From an uncultured virus (IMG/VR IMGVR_UViG_3300035698_024761) (taxonomy: Duplodnaviria > Heunggongvirae > Uroviricota > Caudoviricetes), in the IMG/VR virus record IMGVR_UViG_3300035698_024761: a DNA stretch of 64,000 bases. The stretch is one strand, 5' to 3'. The notes beneath the pieces were generated by a model, which saw only the letters and a program-made list of their open reading frames with translations, searched no databases and had not been told where the DNA came from. Positions 52,901 to 64,000 of the stretch are shown here, one piece after another. A program made the position numbers and the translations under genes. Position 1 is the stretch's first letter. Every line of letters begins with the position of its first letter.

Positions 52901-55900
52901 TACTAAACCCGCTAAACGAGCACAAGCGGTAGATTTGACCAATTTGGGCAAAGATAGCCGGACACGGAAACATTGGATTCCAGCATCAACTCGGCCCGAC
53001 TACCTAGTTTTCGCATGCGACAGGCATCTTTGCTCCGCAACCTTTTTGGTCCTGCCACCAAGCCGCCCACCTGCTGAAATGATATCCCACCGGTCCTCGA
53101 CGTATACCATCGCGTAATAGACATCCGAAAGCCGATCCTTTTTGGGCTTGTCCCGGCAAAGCGTAGATTTGTGCCGCTCCACCCGGTATCGCTGGCAACG
53201 AGACTCCCAGCACATCACCTCAGAAAGGTCCGTACGGCGCCCGCGGCCCCGTTTCCACTCCAGCAGTACGCTAACGCGACCGGCTATACGCGGAGTGGTC
53301 TTTATGTCTTTCTTCTTGCTCATTTCCTTTTACCAAACAGCTTTCTCCACTGATTACGGCCTGAGACATACAGCATCCAACCCGACCGCCGTATACGCCA
53401 CCACCACCTAGGTCGCGGGGTATACCAACCCATCATGCATTGCCCGGGCTCCATACTCGTCGCATGGATCTGTGGCACCAGATTCCCAATCCCGTTGGTT
53501 GTAATGAAATACACATTCCAAAGAGGATCAATCCACTGAGACGTATCGTCCCAACGATTCAGCAACCGCAATGGCGTGTCAACCACATAGGCACGCAGCG
53601 GTTTACTACGCAAATCGATATTTACCTCGGAATTGTTCATGCCTCGCACAGTTGCAGTGTGCACAAGCACCATCTTACCCAAATACCTTGCGTATTCGCG
53701 AGTGACCGCCTGTTCCAACAGTACTCGCTCAGCATCAGTCGCTTTCGGCATCGGTTTCTCCCGACTTGAACGCTGTAATGTAGATCTGAAATTGGCCCTC
53801 TTCCGTAATGCCATATCCGTGCGTCGGATGTTCCTTGGCGTATTCCCGCCAGGCAGCCAGAAAGTTCTTAATAGAGAGTGCCGGTCCGGACTCATCTAGG
53901 CCTGTTTTGTCCACAAACCACGACGTATCCGTAGGCCTCCACCCGGGCGGCTCATAATACCCCAACCTCGGGATACTCTTCGCCAACGTCCCCATATCCA
54001 CCGCAGCCTTGCTGGGCACAAAGGGAAGCCTCTTTCGACGTGCCGCCTTAGCGGCAATATCCTCATTCACGGACACAATAGCCGAAGTCGACATCATTGT
54101 GCTGGTCCTCCAAATTTGTTGTCAGCAAAAGAGTTCAAAGCTCATCAAACGGCGAGAGCGTGTCGGATAAATCCGCTAGCTCGAGCTCGGTAATAGCGCT
54201 GCGAGACACGCCATGGACATTGATTGTCGAGACATCGCCGCTATCGTTAATGTCATCGTCGAAGGCCAGATTGATATCTGCGCGATTGGCCCGACAGTAT
54301 ATCAAACAGGCATACAAAACGAACTGCTCGCGAGATGTAAAAGTCATGTCGCTAAATGACGCGAGCCTTCGGCGAACAGTCGGCCCATGTCCCATCTGCT
54401 AACTGCCGCTGCGCCTTGTTGCGATTCGGATCAGTGTAAAACGAAAATGGTCGATATATCCACTCCGGTCTCGGCGGCAGCGTCGATTGCGTAAGCGCCA
54501 GGTGACAAGCTTCCTCGTACGTCGCTGCGTAAGCGCGACATACGCTTGTCACCACAAAAAAGCACGGAATCCTCCAATTATATCGCTGGACGCCTTCCGC
54601 GGATGGCATCCGCGCCTCCTCAGGCGCTTTCGGATCCTGTAACTGCGATGCCGCATCCTCCGCGGACGCTTTCGCTTCCTGTGATCGCACCACGTTAAGA
54701 TGACAAACCCAATCCTGTGGCGCCACGGGCGCTTTCGCATCCTGCGGCTGTGACGGCTGTGGCGGCTGTGGCGGCTGTGGCGCCTGCGGCTCCCGCAACT
54801 CCTGCGCCTCCTGTGACAACCCCACCGCCTTTAGCAGTAACCGCACTTCGCCCAACAATGCCGCGCAATCTGTACGGATTGTCCCGTCATCAGTGTCGCC
54901 AAGCAAATCAATTGCGCAATTGAGCGTTTCAATTGCCTGCCCTGTTGCTATCGAATTAGGTACCATTAGATTGTTCCTCCGATGTATTAAGTAACTTGGT
55001 AGGATTTACGGGATCGAGCCCGATCAGTTTACAGACCTGATCGTCAAGGAAACACCATCCATTTTTCAACATCCGCTTAATAGATGCCGGATTTTCGCAG
55101 ATCGCCGACAGTGCTTGCTCAAACGCGTCACGCTTAAGCACCCACCATCCACCCATGCGACGGGGATTTGGTATGTATGTCGGCACGTTCTGCACATCGA
55201 GATGGGCATAACGCGACTTATGTGCATCCTGCTCGTCGGCCATCCGATCACTTTCGCCATCCTCAATGGCGATCACAAACATCCCCAATTTCATCAGGTC
55301 CCGGCATTTATCGCAAGGCTCCATGTCCCAAGCCGCGCCCTGTGGCGACTCCATATCATCGGGCAATCTACCGGCAAGCACAAGCTCGCTCTTGGCTTCA
55401 CAGCAATAATAGCACCTGGGAATCGCGGGATTCACGCCGTGTTTTGGCGATAGCCGTATTTTTCCTCTCGTCACGGTTTTTCCTCCGGTGAAACGGACGA
55501 ATTGGTGGTCTCGAGCGGCAACGGCACCACAATCACGTTATCCAGTTGCGCGGCATCATCGACAGCCTCTTGACGGTCCGCGTAGACGCGCGTAGACGCC
55601 AAATCATTAGAGTCGAAGTCGTACAATACGTAGCGACCAGTCCCTGACGACTCGTCTTGCGCTTTCTGTTGCGACTTGAAAATCGTTTCTTGCTCGTCGA
55701 TAAAATCGTAGGCGTTGGCCCATTTGACCTCGTTGGCGGTAACAAACATGGCACCGCCGCCGAACTCGCCCACGCGGGGTTTCGAGCAATGCATTGCGTA
55801 GCTCATCGCCCAACAAGCCTGCGGGCGATACTTCTTAAAGAACTTCTGAACGAGATGCGCAATACGCGTCAGCTCGCCGTAGTCCTCGGAATAGATCCAC

Positions 55901-58542
55901 ATATGGCAACCCCGCTGCGCATCGCTGGGTGCATCCGACGCACCCAGTATTTTCCAGGAGAAGCCGCAGCCGTCACAGAAGCCATCATCGTAGTCTTCCA
56001 TGTCGCGATACGCGCGGCAGCAGACCCGATCCGCATCTTCCTTGGATAGTTCTGCGGGTATCTCGTCTTCGATATACTCCTCGTCGCCAAACATGTAGAC
56101 GACTTCAAGTTGGCCTTCCAGCCACTGCTCCTCTGCCTGACTAAGATGCGACAGCACTTCGGAGAATTCCAGGTAGTTATTGGCCATCGGGAGTATCCTC
56201 CTCTGTTGGGGTTTTGCTGCCGGACGCATTTACAAGCAGATCGTAATCCTCTTGATCAAAACAATACGTTTCGTAGGGGAGTTCTTCAAGGAAAGTCGCA
56301 TTGACCTCTACTTCGCAGTATTCGCCATTGGCTGCCCAAATCGCTCTGGCCAATCGCTCGGCAAACTCCTCTTCGGTTTCTCCACAAAGGTTCGAATTGC
56401 CGGATGTTATCAATTGGTGGCTGCGAGGACCCCACCGATTACAAAACCACGAGTCAAACGCCCATTCGGCTTCGGCAGCTTGTTTAACGGGATCAATTTT
56501 CTCCGATTTGACGCCGGAGAGGACGATAGACATACCATAGTAACGACTCACGCGTTTCGCTCCTCCGCACCCGTGTTAGTGAGCGCACGATCGTCCAGAA
56601 GCGAAACATCCATTGGCACGGCAATCCTGATAACTGTATGGCCAACTGTCCATGTGACTAAACACACGCGCTTACGATCATTGCCGCCTGCGGAATCCGG
56701 AAAAGGCTCCGCATTCTGCACCAGGTACGGGGTTACCTCCGCATTCGCGGGGGCGACCTGCTTATACCGACAAAGCAAAGCATATTCGGCATCGCTGAGC
56801 GAATCCAACTCGCTAGACTCGTCCCATTCACCCCACGGTTGCCAGATACGATAGTCAACATCGCTACAGGCTATACGTTGAATCAACATGTGGATCTCAT
56901 CTTCTGTAGCAAAACCTGCGGCATCGCGATCCCGCACTGCCTGCGGCAAGCGAGCATAGATCGCGGCCTGGGCGGCGTCGGCAGTGACCTCGCGGACCCG
57001 TCGCTTATCGCGAATATCGAGCAATGCAGGCATTGCAACGACGATCGCAGCCTCGCGAGCCTGTTCGCTAGCTGCTACGGCAACAGCATACTTATTGCGC
57101 ATCTCGTCGGATGCGTTATCAACGCATTCCAAGGGTCCAGGGATCGAATACGTAACTGTCGTCGACGCGTACCCTCCGCGAGCAACGAGTACTCCATCCC
57201 GATCGATCTCCACGCGCATCGAGTCCTCATGCGGATTTGCAATCGCCTCCTCGACATATCCGTCCCACAATATTCGCCGCTCCTTGCGTGCGTCGTCGTT
57301 CATAACGGCTCTCTTGTCGCGATTGATCAACATATTTGTGATGGCTTCCCGTAGCCCATCCAAATCGGGCTGCGGCAATACCATCCCGTCCCCGACAAAC
57401 TCTCGCCGCTTAATACTGCTCGGGTCATCTTCTAAGGCGTATCGCGAACAATCAAGGCTGTCATCCATGATGGCAGCTAACACCTCACGCTCGATACCGG
57501 TCAAGTTCTCAGGTGTCACAGATAATGCAAAGCGATCCGTGGGCCCGTCATATGGCATATCAATGCCTCGTCGTAGCGACTCCGCTCGATCCACACGAAA
57601 AAACAGTTTCATCATATCACTCCTGTTAAATAGACATGTACGTTAGTCGTCGGCAGTCACACGCACGCGCGGCGACTGCAATTCGGCATTGCTGGCAAGT
57701 ATATCTTTCGTTAACTGCAAGGCGTTACCGCCATACAATGCACACAAAACAATGGACGTAGTAACGGGGCTATGCGGATCGATATTGATCCTTAACACTT
57801 TCTCGCCTCTAGCGTCTTTTACGCTCGTCATATAGCTCCTCCCGGCGCATGCCGCGCCGTCGGATTATCGTCGCATAGGCCTGGCGCCCAACAATAGACG
57901 CACCACACATACGGATTTCCAGGTTTTTGACAGCCGGCCCATTCAATACGCGCTCCGCACCTGTGACAATGCCGGCCGGCAACTGCCGTTGTGCGATGCG
58001 CGGACATCAACGCCAAGACGTACGGGCGCCGCTCGCAACGAGACGGCAATAACGGCGGTAGTGCACAGTCAGAGAATGCGCTAGCCATCACGGCTAGCCG
58101 GCATACCAAAGACATTGATGGTATCCAGCACACGCGGTTGTGCAGACTTCGCGTAGATCTTCGATAGAAACGGCTCCATAGCATCAACCATGGCAGTATT
58201 GATATCACAATAGTCCGTATCGTGCTGCCAATAAGTATCACCATACTCGATCGAGACACATCCTTTATCGCGATCGAATTGGGTGCAAAACCAAGCCGCG
58301 GTAGTTGGATCAACAAAATACTCTTCGAAAAATTCCACACGAGAATAATGTGCGATGAAACAGCAGTTCTGCATCACATGCTGATATAGCCGACGCGTGA
58401 ACGCCCGCTCCCGCTGCGCACGATTGTTAATGGTTGCAAGCGTCTTGACAAAATGCTTCCAGTCTCGAAGGACCAGCTCCTTCTCCTTGGCAGTCATAAA
58501 CGTCGTGTCTCTCAACTCCGGTCTAGTCATCATCTTCTCCAC
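49934..58542 (-). other. Accessory region of many small hypothetical phage genes (e.g. 49934-50137, 50164-50841, 50816-51673, 52309-52671, 53000-53323, 53735-54097, 54352-54966, 54956-55474, 55471-56229, 56177-56551, 56548-57615, 58081-58542)
   Basis: Dense, abutting minus-strand ORFs, several with GGAG RBS or CxxC pairs; no family recognised. Confidence 0.55.
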
Positions 58543-58786
58543 GGCGGTGGTCTAGTCATCATCTTCTCCAAGGCCAAGAATAGCCATCCCATCGGCAAGC
58601 CGCTTCGAATACGGTGGATGCGGCGTACCTGCAGAGGTGACATCGAGTTCGCTGTCTTCGGCGTTAATGGCGCGCGTATTGGCGTTGTCAGTGGCGCCGA
58701 GACTCGCAGGATCGCACCCGCGCTTTCGCTTACGGCTCGGCCAATATGTATCCATGTAATAACACTCCGATATTAGTTTATTCGCG

Positions 58787-59731
58787 TTACACGTCTCGAA
58801 AAAATTTCCGCGTATACTCGTTGGCGTGACGACCCCGCAAAAATTCAAAGATCCGCGGATGCTCGTCTAGCACGGCAAATAGCATGGTACGCGCTCGACG
58901 CGCTTGCCGCTGGTAACCCTGCAAGTTACCCGCAAGAGCTTTCTGGGCCTGTTTATCTGGATGCTTGAGCAAATTGCACCATCGCCCGTAGTGATAGTAC
59001 TCTGATTGCGCCTTCCTCGAACGGGCGAGTACGGCCACCGACTCGCCCGCTTGCGTCATCACATGCATAGTCAAGCTTAGCGCCGTTTGCTCACAGAAAT
59101 ACTTATTTGCTAGAGGTCCCCGCTTAACCTGCTTCCAAAGCTGCGACCATGTACGGATAAACTGCTGCCGCAACGGCAAGTCGATGCCTACTAAACCCCC
59201 ATTTACAAGCTCTGGGCCTAAAAAATCATCATCATGCATAACCCGGTCCGCCGGCAATGCCACCCCAGCATGCTTGAAAATCTGTTTCCAGCTATTCCGC
59301 AGAAATTTGCCGGCGCTGCGTCCCACGCGTCGCAGTACAATCCGCGAATCAAACCACTTGCCATACGTTATAGGCTGCCAACAAATCTGATCGCTGTCAA
59401 GAAAGACAACCATATCACAATCTTTTGGCTGCTCCAAGCAGACCCATTTGTTTGTAAAAAATGGCGCCTTCTCCTTACCAGTATACCGCTGACGCCGCAC
59501 CCGCGGCGGTGACATATACGCGTTGCGCGCCTTCACCACCTCTACATCCAGATCACGCAGAATCTTTAGCGATATCGGCGACGGCGTGCCAAAAATACGT
59601 GAAGGCAACGGTACAATAGCCACCAATTTGGCAGGAAAAGTCAAATGTCGTCGCATAGACGCTGCCAGTACCATCGCCTCGCACTCTAATTGCCCATCTT
59701 GACAGATAAACGTATAGGTGATGCTTTTCAT
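58787..59731 (-). CDS. GT-A fold (GT8-like) glycosyltransferase-like protein
   Basis: LAASMRRH, FTNKWVCL, VVFLDSDQI, VNGGLV and EQTALS. Confidence 0.55.
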   Translation of the reverse strand: MKSITYTFICQDGQLECEAMVLAASMRRHLTFPAKLVAIVPLPSRIFGTPSPISLKILRDLDVEVVKARNAYMSPPRVRRQRYTGKEKAPFFTNKWVCLEQPKDCDMVVFLDSDQICWQPITYGKWFDSRIVLRRVGRSAGKFLRNSWKQIFKHAGVALPADRVMHDDDFLGPELVNGGLVGIDLPLRQQFIRTWSQLWKQVKRGPLANKYFCEQTALSLTMHVMTQAGESVAVLARSRKAQSEYYHYGRWCNLLKHPDKQAQKALAGNLQGYQRQARRARTMLFAVLDEHPRIFEFLRGRHANEYTRKFFRDV

Positions 59732-59848
59732 ATTGTTAGGGCCGACATGCCCCCCGTCGTGGTTAATGGATTACTCGATAAGCTACCAGCGCAGTCTAGC
59801 AGCAAAGTAGATAGTCGCCCAATAACAGCATCGCCAGTTATCATATTC

Positions 59849-60016
59849 GTGAATCGTGTCGCGGTAACTAAGATACATAGTATCTTATATACAGCTAAGT
59901 TCCAGTTTTGAATCATAGTCGTGAATTGTATCAAATCGTAGAAGATACGTAGTATCTTATATACAGCTAAGTTCTTGCCCTCCAGAACTTAGCTGTATAT
60001 AGCCTTAACGGCTATA
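59849..60016. repeat. Nested direct and inverted repeat cluster
   Basis: 33-nt direct repeat at 59870-59902 and 59942-59974 (1 mismatch); perfect 17-bp inverted repeat 59958-59974/59985-60001; TATAGCC/GGCTATA palindrome. Confidence 0.8.
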
Positions 60017-60132
60017 ACTCCAGCACGGCTCGGTCTGCGACCTCCCCAGCTGCAGTTGTTGTTACTTCTTTCTTTTTGACTAGTGTTAGTATTGGTGTTA
60101 GTGAATAGCTGGCAATGCAGACATGGTAGGCC

Positions 60133-60543
60133 AGGGTTTCAACGCGATCGCGGACTGTAATGTCAAGCAACTATTCAATGGGTTTCATCAGCAATTTGGC
60201 CAAATATGTTAAGGCAACGGCCCAATGGGTTTCACAGGCAACACGGCCAGATACGTTAAGGCAATCTATCCACGAGTTTCACTGACAATTCGGTCAAATA
60301 TGTTGAGGCAACTCCTGGGCGGGTTTCATTATTTTCCTGGCCTCAATTTTCTTGCTGACAAAAATATAGCTGGCAAACCGCCGTGGGGTTTCATCTCGAG
60401 AATGGCCAGATATGTTAAGGCAAAGCCTCGGTGGATTTCATGACGGTAATGGCCAAATATGTTAAGGCACCAGTTGAATGGGTTTCAGGCTCGCAACGGC
60501 CAGATATGTTAAGGCAAGTCGTCTTCGGGTTTCACGGGTTTAA
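60133..60543 (-). repeat. TIGR-like array 2 (9 loop repeats)
   Basis: Same edge/9-nt/loop/9-nt unit as array 1; one edge is replaced by a 38-nt variant at 60338-60375. Confidence 0.85.
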
Positions 60544-60564
60544 TGGCGACAACAGTCTATTACG

Positions 60565-60729
60565 TCAAGCTTCTACCCTAACAGAACAATACTTTCTTTC
60601 TCCTGTCCAACTTTCGCTCTTTACCCACTCTTTGGCTTCTTCTTCCGTGTTGACTGTTTGCCCTGTTGGCTTCGGGCTTGAACGAAGCGTTCCATCACCA
60701 TCCTCCATCAAAACGTAAACTGTCCTCAT
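60565..60729 (-). CDS. Small protein (54 aa) between arrays 2 and 3, absent from the ORF track
   Basis: AGGAGA RBS; MRTVYVLMEDGDGTLRSSPKPTGQTVNTEEEAKEWVKSESWTGERKYCSVRVEA. Confidence 0.65.
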   Translation of the reverse strand: MRTVYVLMEDGDGTLRSSPKPTGQTVNTEEEAKEWVKSESWTGERKYCSVRVEA

Positions 60730-60751
60730 TTATATCTCCTCACATCCTTTT

Positions 60752-60970
60752 CGGGTTTCAGAGAGAGTGCGGCCGAATACATTAAGGCACGACCGGCCCG
60801 GGTTTCAAATCACAGAAGGCCAGATATGTTAAGGCACACGGGTAACGGGTTTCAGTCACACGACAGCCAGATATGTTAAGGCAAGTCCTTAGCGGGTTTC
60901 ATTTCGCACTCGGCCAAATATGACAAGGCAGGCAATTAGTGGGTTTCACGCGACGATCGGCCTATTATGT
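60752..60970 (-). repeat. TIGR-like array 3 (5 loop repeats)
   Basis: Loops at 60752, 60799, 60846, 60893 and 60940 (47-nt period). Confidence 0.85.
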
Positions 60971-60989
60971 TTCTGTACTTCCAATTCGA

Positions 60990-61184
60990 TTACAGGATAG
61001 TGTTTGTCGCCGTTACGGCCGCGTAACGGGCCGTAAGGCCCATTTTCTTTGCTCTTGCGTTCCGTTCCTCGGCCGATTCCTCGGCCGATTTCAGGTCGTT
61101 GTAGCCTTGCACTACGTCGCCGTTTGCGTGAAGCACGCGGAAAGGCCTCGTCAGGTAGTCTGGGTTTTTCTTCTCAGTGGACAT
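60990..61184 (-). CDS. Small protein (64 aa) between arrays 3 and 4
   Basis: MSTEKKNPDYLTRPFRVLHANGDVVQGYNDLKSAEESAEERNARAKKMG...; the longer ORF-track version runs into the array. Confidence 0.65.
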   Translation of the reverse strand: MSTEKKNPDYLTRPFRVLHANGDVVQGYNDLKSAEESAEERNARAKKMGLTARYAAVTATNTIL

Positions 61185-61240
61185 CGTTCTTTTTCTCGAA
61201 GTTAAAATTACGTGATTAAGACTCCAACATACGAATAGTG

Positions 61241-61546
61241 CAGCCAAATACGTTAAAAGCATCCCGAACCTGGATTTCAAGGCGCCAATGGCCAAATATG
61301 TTAAGGCAGGGCTGTCGCGGGTTTTACCGACTAAACGGCCAAATATGTTAAGGCAATACATCAATGGGTTTCATTGCCTGTGCAGCCAAATATGTTAAGG
61401 CAAGCGCTTCAAGGATCTCATCGCGGCCTCGGCCAAATATGTCAAGGCATACCCCCGGCGGGTTTCAAAGTCGGACTAGCCTCAATTTTTTTGCTGACAA
61501 AAATATAGCTGGCATTCCTGCCACAGGTTTCACAAAGACTTCAGCC
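61241..61546 (-). repeat. TIGR-like array 4 (6 loop repeats)
   Basis: Loops at 61271, 61318, 61365, 61412, 61459 and 61524; 38-nt variant edge at 61477-61514. Confidence 0.85.
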
Positions 61547-61559
61547 GGCTATGGCGACT

Positions 61560-62138
61560 TTAGGTTGTAGGGTAACCCTGGCCAAACGGATTAAGGGGAT
61601 CGCAGACTGGACTTAGCGCGCTTGCGGCGGCGGTCAGCGCCAATGCTAGCCGTCTCGCATCCGAGTCCGGCTGCGATTCCGGCTGCGATTCCGGCTGCGA
61701 TTCTTCCTGCCGTGACAGCATCCGATATGTGTGCATAATCATTTCGCTGAGTGTGTTGGCAGCGCGCTGCGGAAAACGCCGGGCGTACTCCACGACAAAG
61801 CCGTGCGCACAAGCAAATTCGAAATTCGACTTGCCGATGGACATCGCACTTTTGATAGCATAATGCAGGCCCACATGCCTATTAAAACTATCACGAGGAT
61901 TCAGCGCAGAGGCGCCAATGCAAATGCAAGGTCCCGTATCTAACACAAAGGCAACACCTATCGGCCGGCCGCGGCCTGCGTAATAGGCCATGCCGGCCAT
62001 TTTCTTACTTAGCTCTTCGGCGTTTACAGGACACCTGTGATCGTCGCGAACAATCCGCACCCACGGGTGCTGCGTTCGTCGAAATCCATCGGCCTCCTCA
62101 CGACATTGCTCAATAAACGCTTGGCGTGATTTTGCCAT
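61560..62138 (-). CDS. Hypothetical protein between arrays 4 and 5
   Basis: AAGGAG RBS; IGASALNPRDSFNRHVGLHYA; short ESQP tandem. Confidence 0.65.
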   Translation of the reverse strand: MAKSRQAFIEQCREEADGFRRTQHPWVRIVRDDHRCPVNAEELSKKMAGMAYYAGRGRPIGVAFVLDTGPCICIGASALNPRDSFNRHVGLHYAIKSAMSIGKSNFEFACAHGFVVEYARRFPQRAANTLSEMIMHTYRMLSRQEESQPESQPESQPDSDARRLALALTAAASALSPVCDPLNPFGQGYPTT

Positions 62139-62220
62139 TGATAATCTCCTTTTAGATTCCCTTGATTAAACGTTAGCGGCGGACAGCTGTCGTTTGGATT
62201 CCACCCTTGTATCTAAATAG

Positions 62221-62343
62221 TAGGCAAAATTCCCAGAGATTTCACGTCGAACACGGCCCACTATGCCTTTGGGTTTCATAGTCCATATGGGCGGCCAAAT
62301 ATGTTAAGGCACGCGCGGTTCTGCTTTCAGAAGTCGTACGGCC
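62221..62343 (-). repeat. Degenerate TIGR-like array 5 (~3 units)
   Basis: Perfect edge at 62292-62311; loops at 62236-62244 and 62270-62278, and a degenerate loop at 62321-62329. Confidence 0.6.
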
Positions 62344-62690
62344 GGGGTATATCGCCAGACGATTCGCTCGACGAGCATTTCATTTGCCAGGTATACCTGA
62401 TACGGACTATGTGATTTGGGAAGCACACCTCGCACACGACAACGCACGATGGCTTTGGGTGCTACGTTCTTGAATCGCGAAAGAAGGCTCTTAGCGTCAT
62501 CCAGCCGCAGGAAAATGTGCCATCCAGAGGTATACCAAGTCGTGCCGCCGTCACGCACGCGCTTCCGCTCTGCCTTGAGCCACATATTCCGAGGAATCGT
62601 ACGCGATCCGTGAAAGCCGTGGAATAGGGTTTTGATATTTGGCCCGGCAACGTCTACGAGTCGATAGGCTACAGTTTCTTCGCTTTTCAT
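62304..62690 (-). CDS. Hypothetical protein
   Basis: Probable start MKSEETVAYRLV, coupled to the upstream stop; contains YTSGWHIF; the stop codon lies inside an edge repeat. Confidence 0.6.
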   Translation of the reverse strand: MKSEETVAYRLVDVAGPNIKTLFHGFHGSRTIPRNMWLKAERKRVRDGGTTWYTSGWHIFLRLDDAKSLLSRFKNVAPKAIVRCRVRGVLPKSHSPYQVYLANEMLVERIVWRYTPAVRLLKAEPRVP

Positions 62691-63492
62691 TATCCGTAAT
62701 CCACGTCCGTATTTTTGGGGAGGCTTACGGTCTGATCGCCTACGAAAACATCCAATGAGCTTTCCTCCTGTTCCCATTTGCCATTAGCGAAGCCGGAATT
62801 GTCGTCATAGTGTAAATAGGCAGACTGTATGCAGGTATCATAGAGACAAAGCTGATACGCACTACCGTCCTTTATCGCAACAAACGCAAACCGATTGCTG
62901 TTGCTATTGCAACCCTTGCGAACGACTAATAGCCCGTTGTTGTTGGCCCACGCTGCGACGTCTGGCGGAATTTCACCTTTATGCGGAAAGAGGAGCAGCT
63001 GCGGATACTTGTGTAATTGCAAGCGTGGCGACATCTGCCGCGTCCGCTTGCCCGTGTCACGCACGATCTGAATATCAAAATTAAAGCCATGCTTGTTGCA
63101 CATGCCCACTTTCGTGACTGTGATGCATTGCCATATGCCTTTACGTGTTATTTTGAGCAATCCTAAATCCCCCACTTTGGCATTGCCAGCAGGGAATCCA
63201 TGCGGCTTGTGTGGCTTCTCAGACTTTTTCATGCTAACTCCGAATCTCCTTCGGCTTCCTCAACAGTAATGTGTGTCGCTACCTTAATGACAATAGCGTC
63301 GGCGTGGCGAGCATCCGGCAACGATCGAAATAGATTTGCCCAATGCTCAGCGACAACTAATCGCGGGAATATCGTGGCTTTCTCCGCGTTGCTTAGATAT
63401 TCGCCGCCGGGCGTATCAGCGTCCAAATATAGCGATTTGGTGTTGTCTACCCGTCCATGCGGGCGATAGCAGATTGCATATTTGATTAGCAT
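62690..63492 (-). other. Two hypothetical genes (62690-63232, 63229-63492)
   Basis: Translationally coupled minus-strand ORFs. Confidence 0.55.
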
Positions 63493-63583
63493 GTAGCTTG
63501 CTCTTTCTTAGGAGACTAGGCTTTCCCGTTTGAAAAAGTCTGCTCTCTCTGTAATAATGAACTTCGGCAGAAAGGAGTTTGCC

Positions 63584-64000
63584 ATGAGTTTTAGCAGAAT
63601 GCTAATACCCTTTCGCGTGCTGGCGTTGCCGCTATTGTTTGCAATCAACGCCTTTGGTCAGTCGCCCGAATGGATCGAGGTGCCGGCGCTTCGACAGGTT
63701 AGTACCCGCATTGGCACAGTCTTGGCTGATATCGATAGTCGACTGCCGGCAACAAGCAACCAATACACGTTTAGCAGTAGCACCTATCGCGACGCGGATT
63801 TATCTTGCTGGGCGCACGAGGCGACCCATGGTGTCAACGCCCGCATTCGCAACCAGTACGGCGACAGCACGGGCGTCGATAACGGATTCTATGTACTCCA
63901 CGGACGAGGCGTACTTATTAGAGAACCCTGTCCGTTGACGTTTCCCGAGGTGTCCCGGCAAGTACCGCTAGCATTGCGTGCGCAAGGCTATCCGCTCTAC
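63584..64000 (+). CDS. Secreted HExxH (zincin-like) protein, truncated by the window edge
   Basis: AAGGAG RBS; hand translation MSFSRMLIPFRVLALPLLFAINAFGQSPEW...WAHEATHGVNARIRN, open to the window end. Confidence 0.6.
   Translation, partial: MSFSRMLIPFRVLALPLLFAINAFGQSPEWIEVPALRQVSTRIGTVLADIDSRLPATSNQYTFSSSTYRDADLSCWAHEATHGVNARIRNQYGDSTGVDNGFYVLHGRGVLIREPCPLTFPEVSRQVPLALRAQGYPLY

Noticed and set aside
19991..62338. Self-targets of paired spacers within the window
   Set aside because: I could not search 9+9-nt matches reliably by eye; none is claimed, and a computational search is needed.
1..64000. Most plus-strand ORFs in the track; tRNA or rRNA genes
   Set aside because: The plus-strand ORFs are antisense shadows of motif-bearing minus-strand genes, except Clp-N, csrA and the terminal HExxH gene. 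No tRNA or rRNA was recognised by eye.

Overview
This window looks like part of a large dsDNA phage genome, probably infecting Planctomycetota (inferred from a ClpC-type N-domain gene). Almost all genes lie on the minus strand. It contains an intein-bearing putative portal gene; a replication/recombination block (RuvC, DEDDh exonuclease, RecA, UDG-fused family A polymerase, primase, DnaB-like and SF2 helicases, SbcCD, Dam); sugar-modification genes (HldE, glycosyltransferases, NTP transferase); CsrA; and many small hypothetical genes. The main finding is a candidate RNA-guided system of the TIGR-Tas type with non-canonical architecture. Five dual-repeat arrays (about 36 units; 19971-20581 and four segments within 60133-62343) have a 47-nt unit. 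On the minus strand it reads 9-nt spacer / TGAAACCCA / 9-nt spacer / 20-nt TGCCTTAACATATTTGGCCG. A distant IS110/Nop-like gene (41949-42977) is the candidate Tas effector, and it sits directly upstream of a stand-alone RAMP/Cas7-like gene (41389-41877). All protein calls come from motifs read by eye; no database searches were run.
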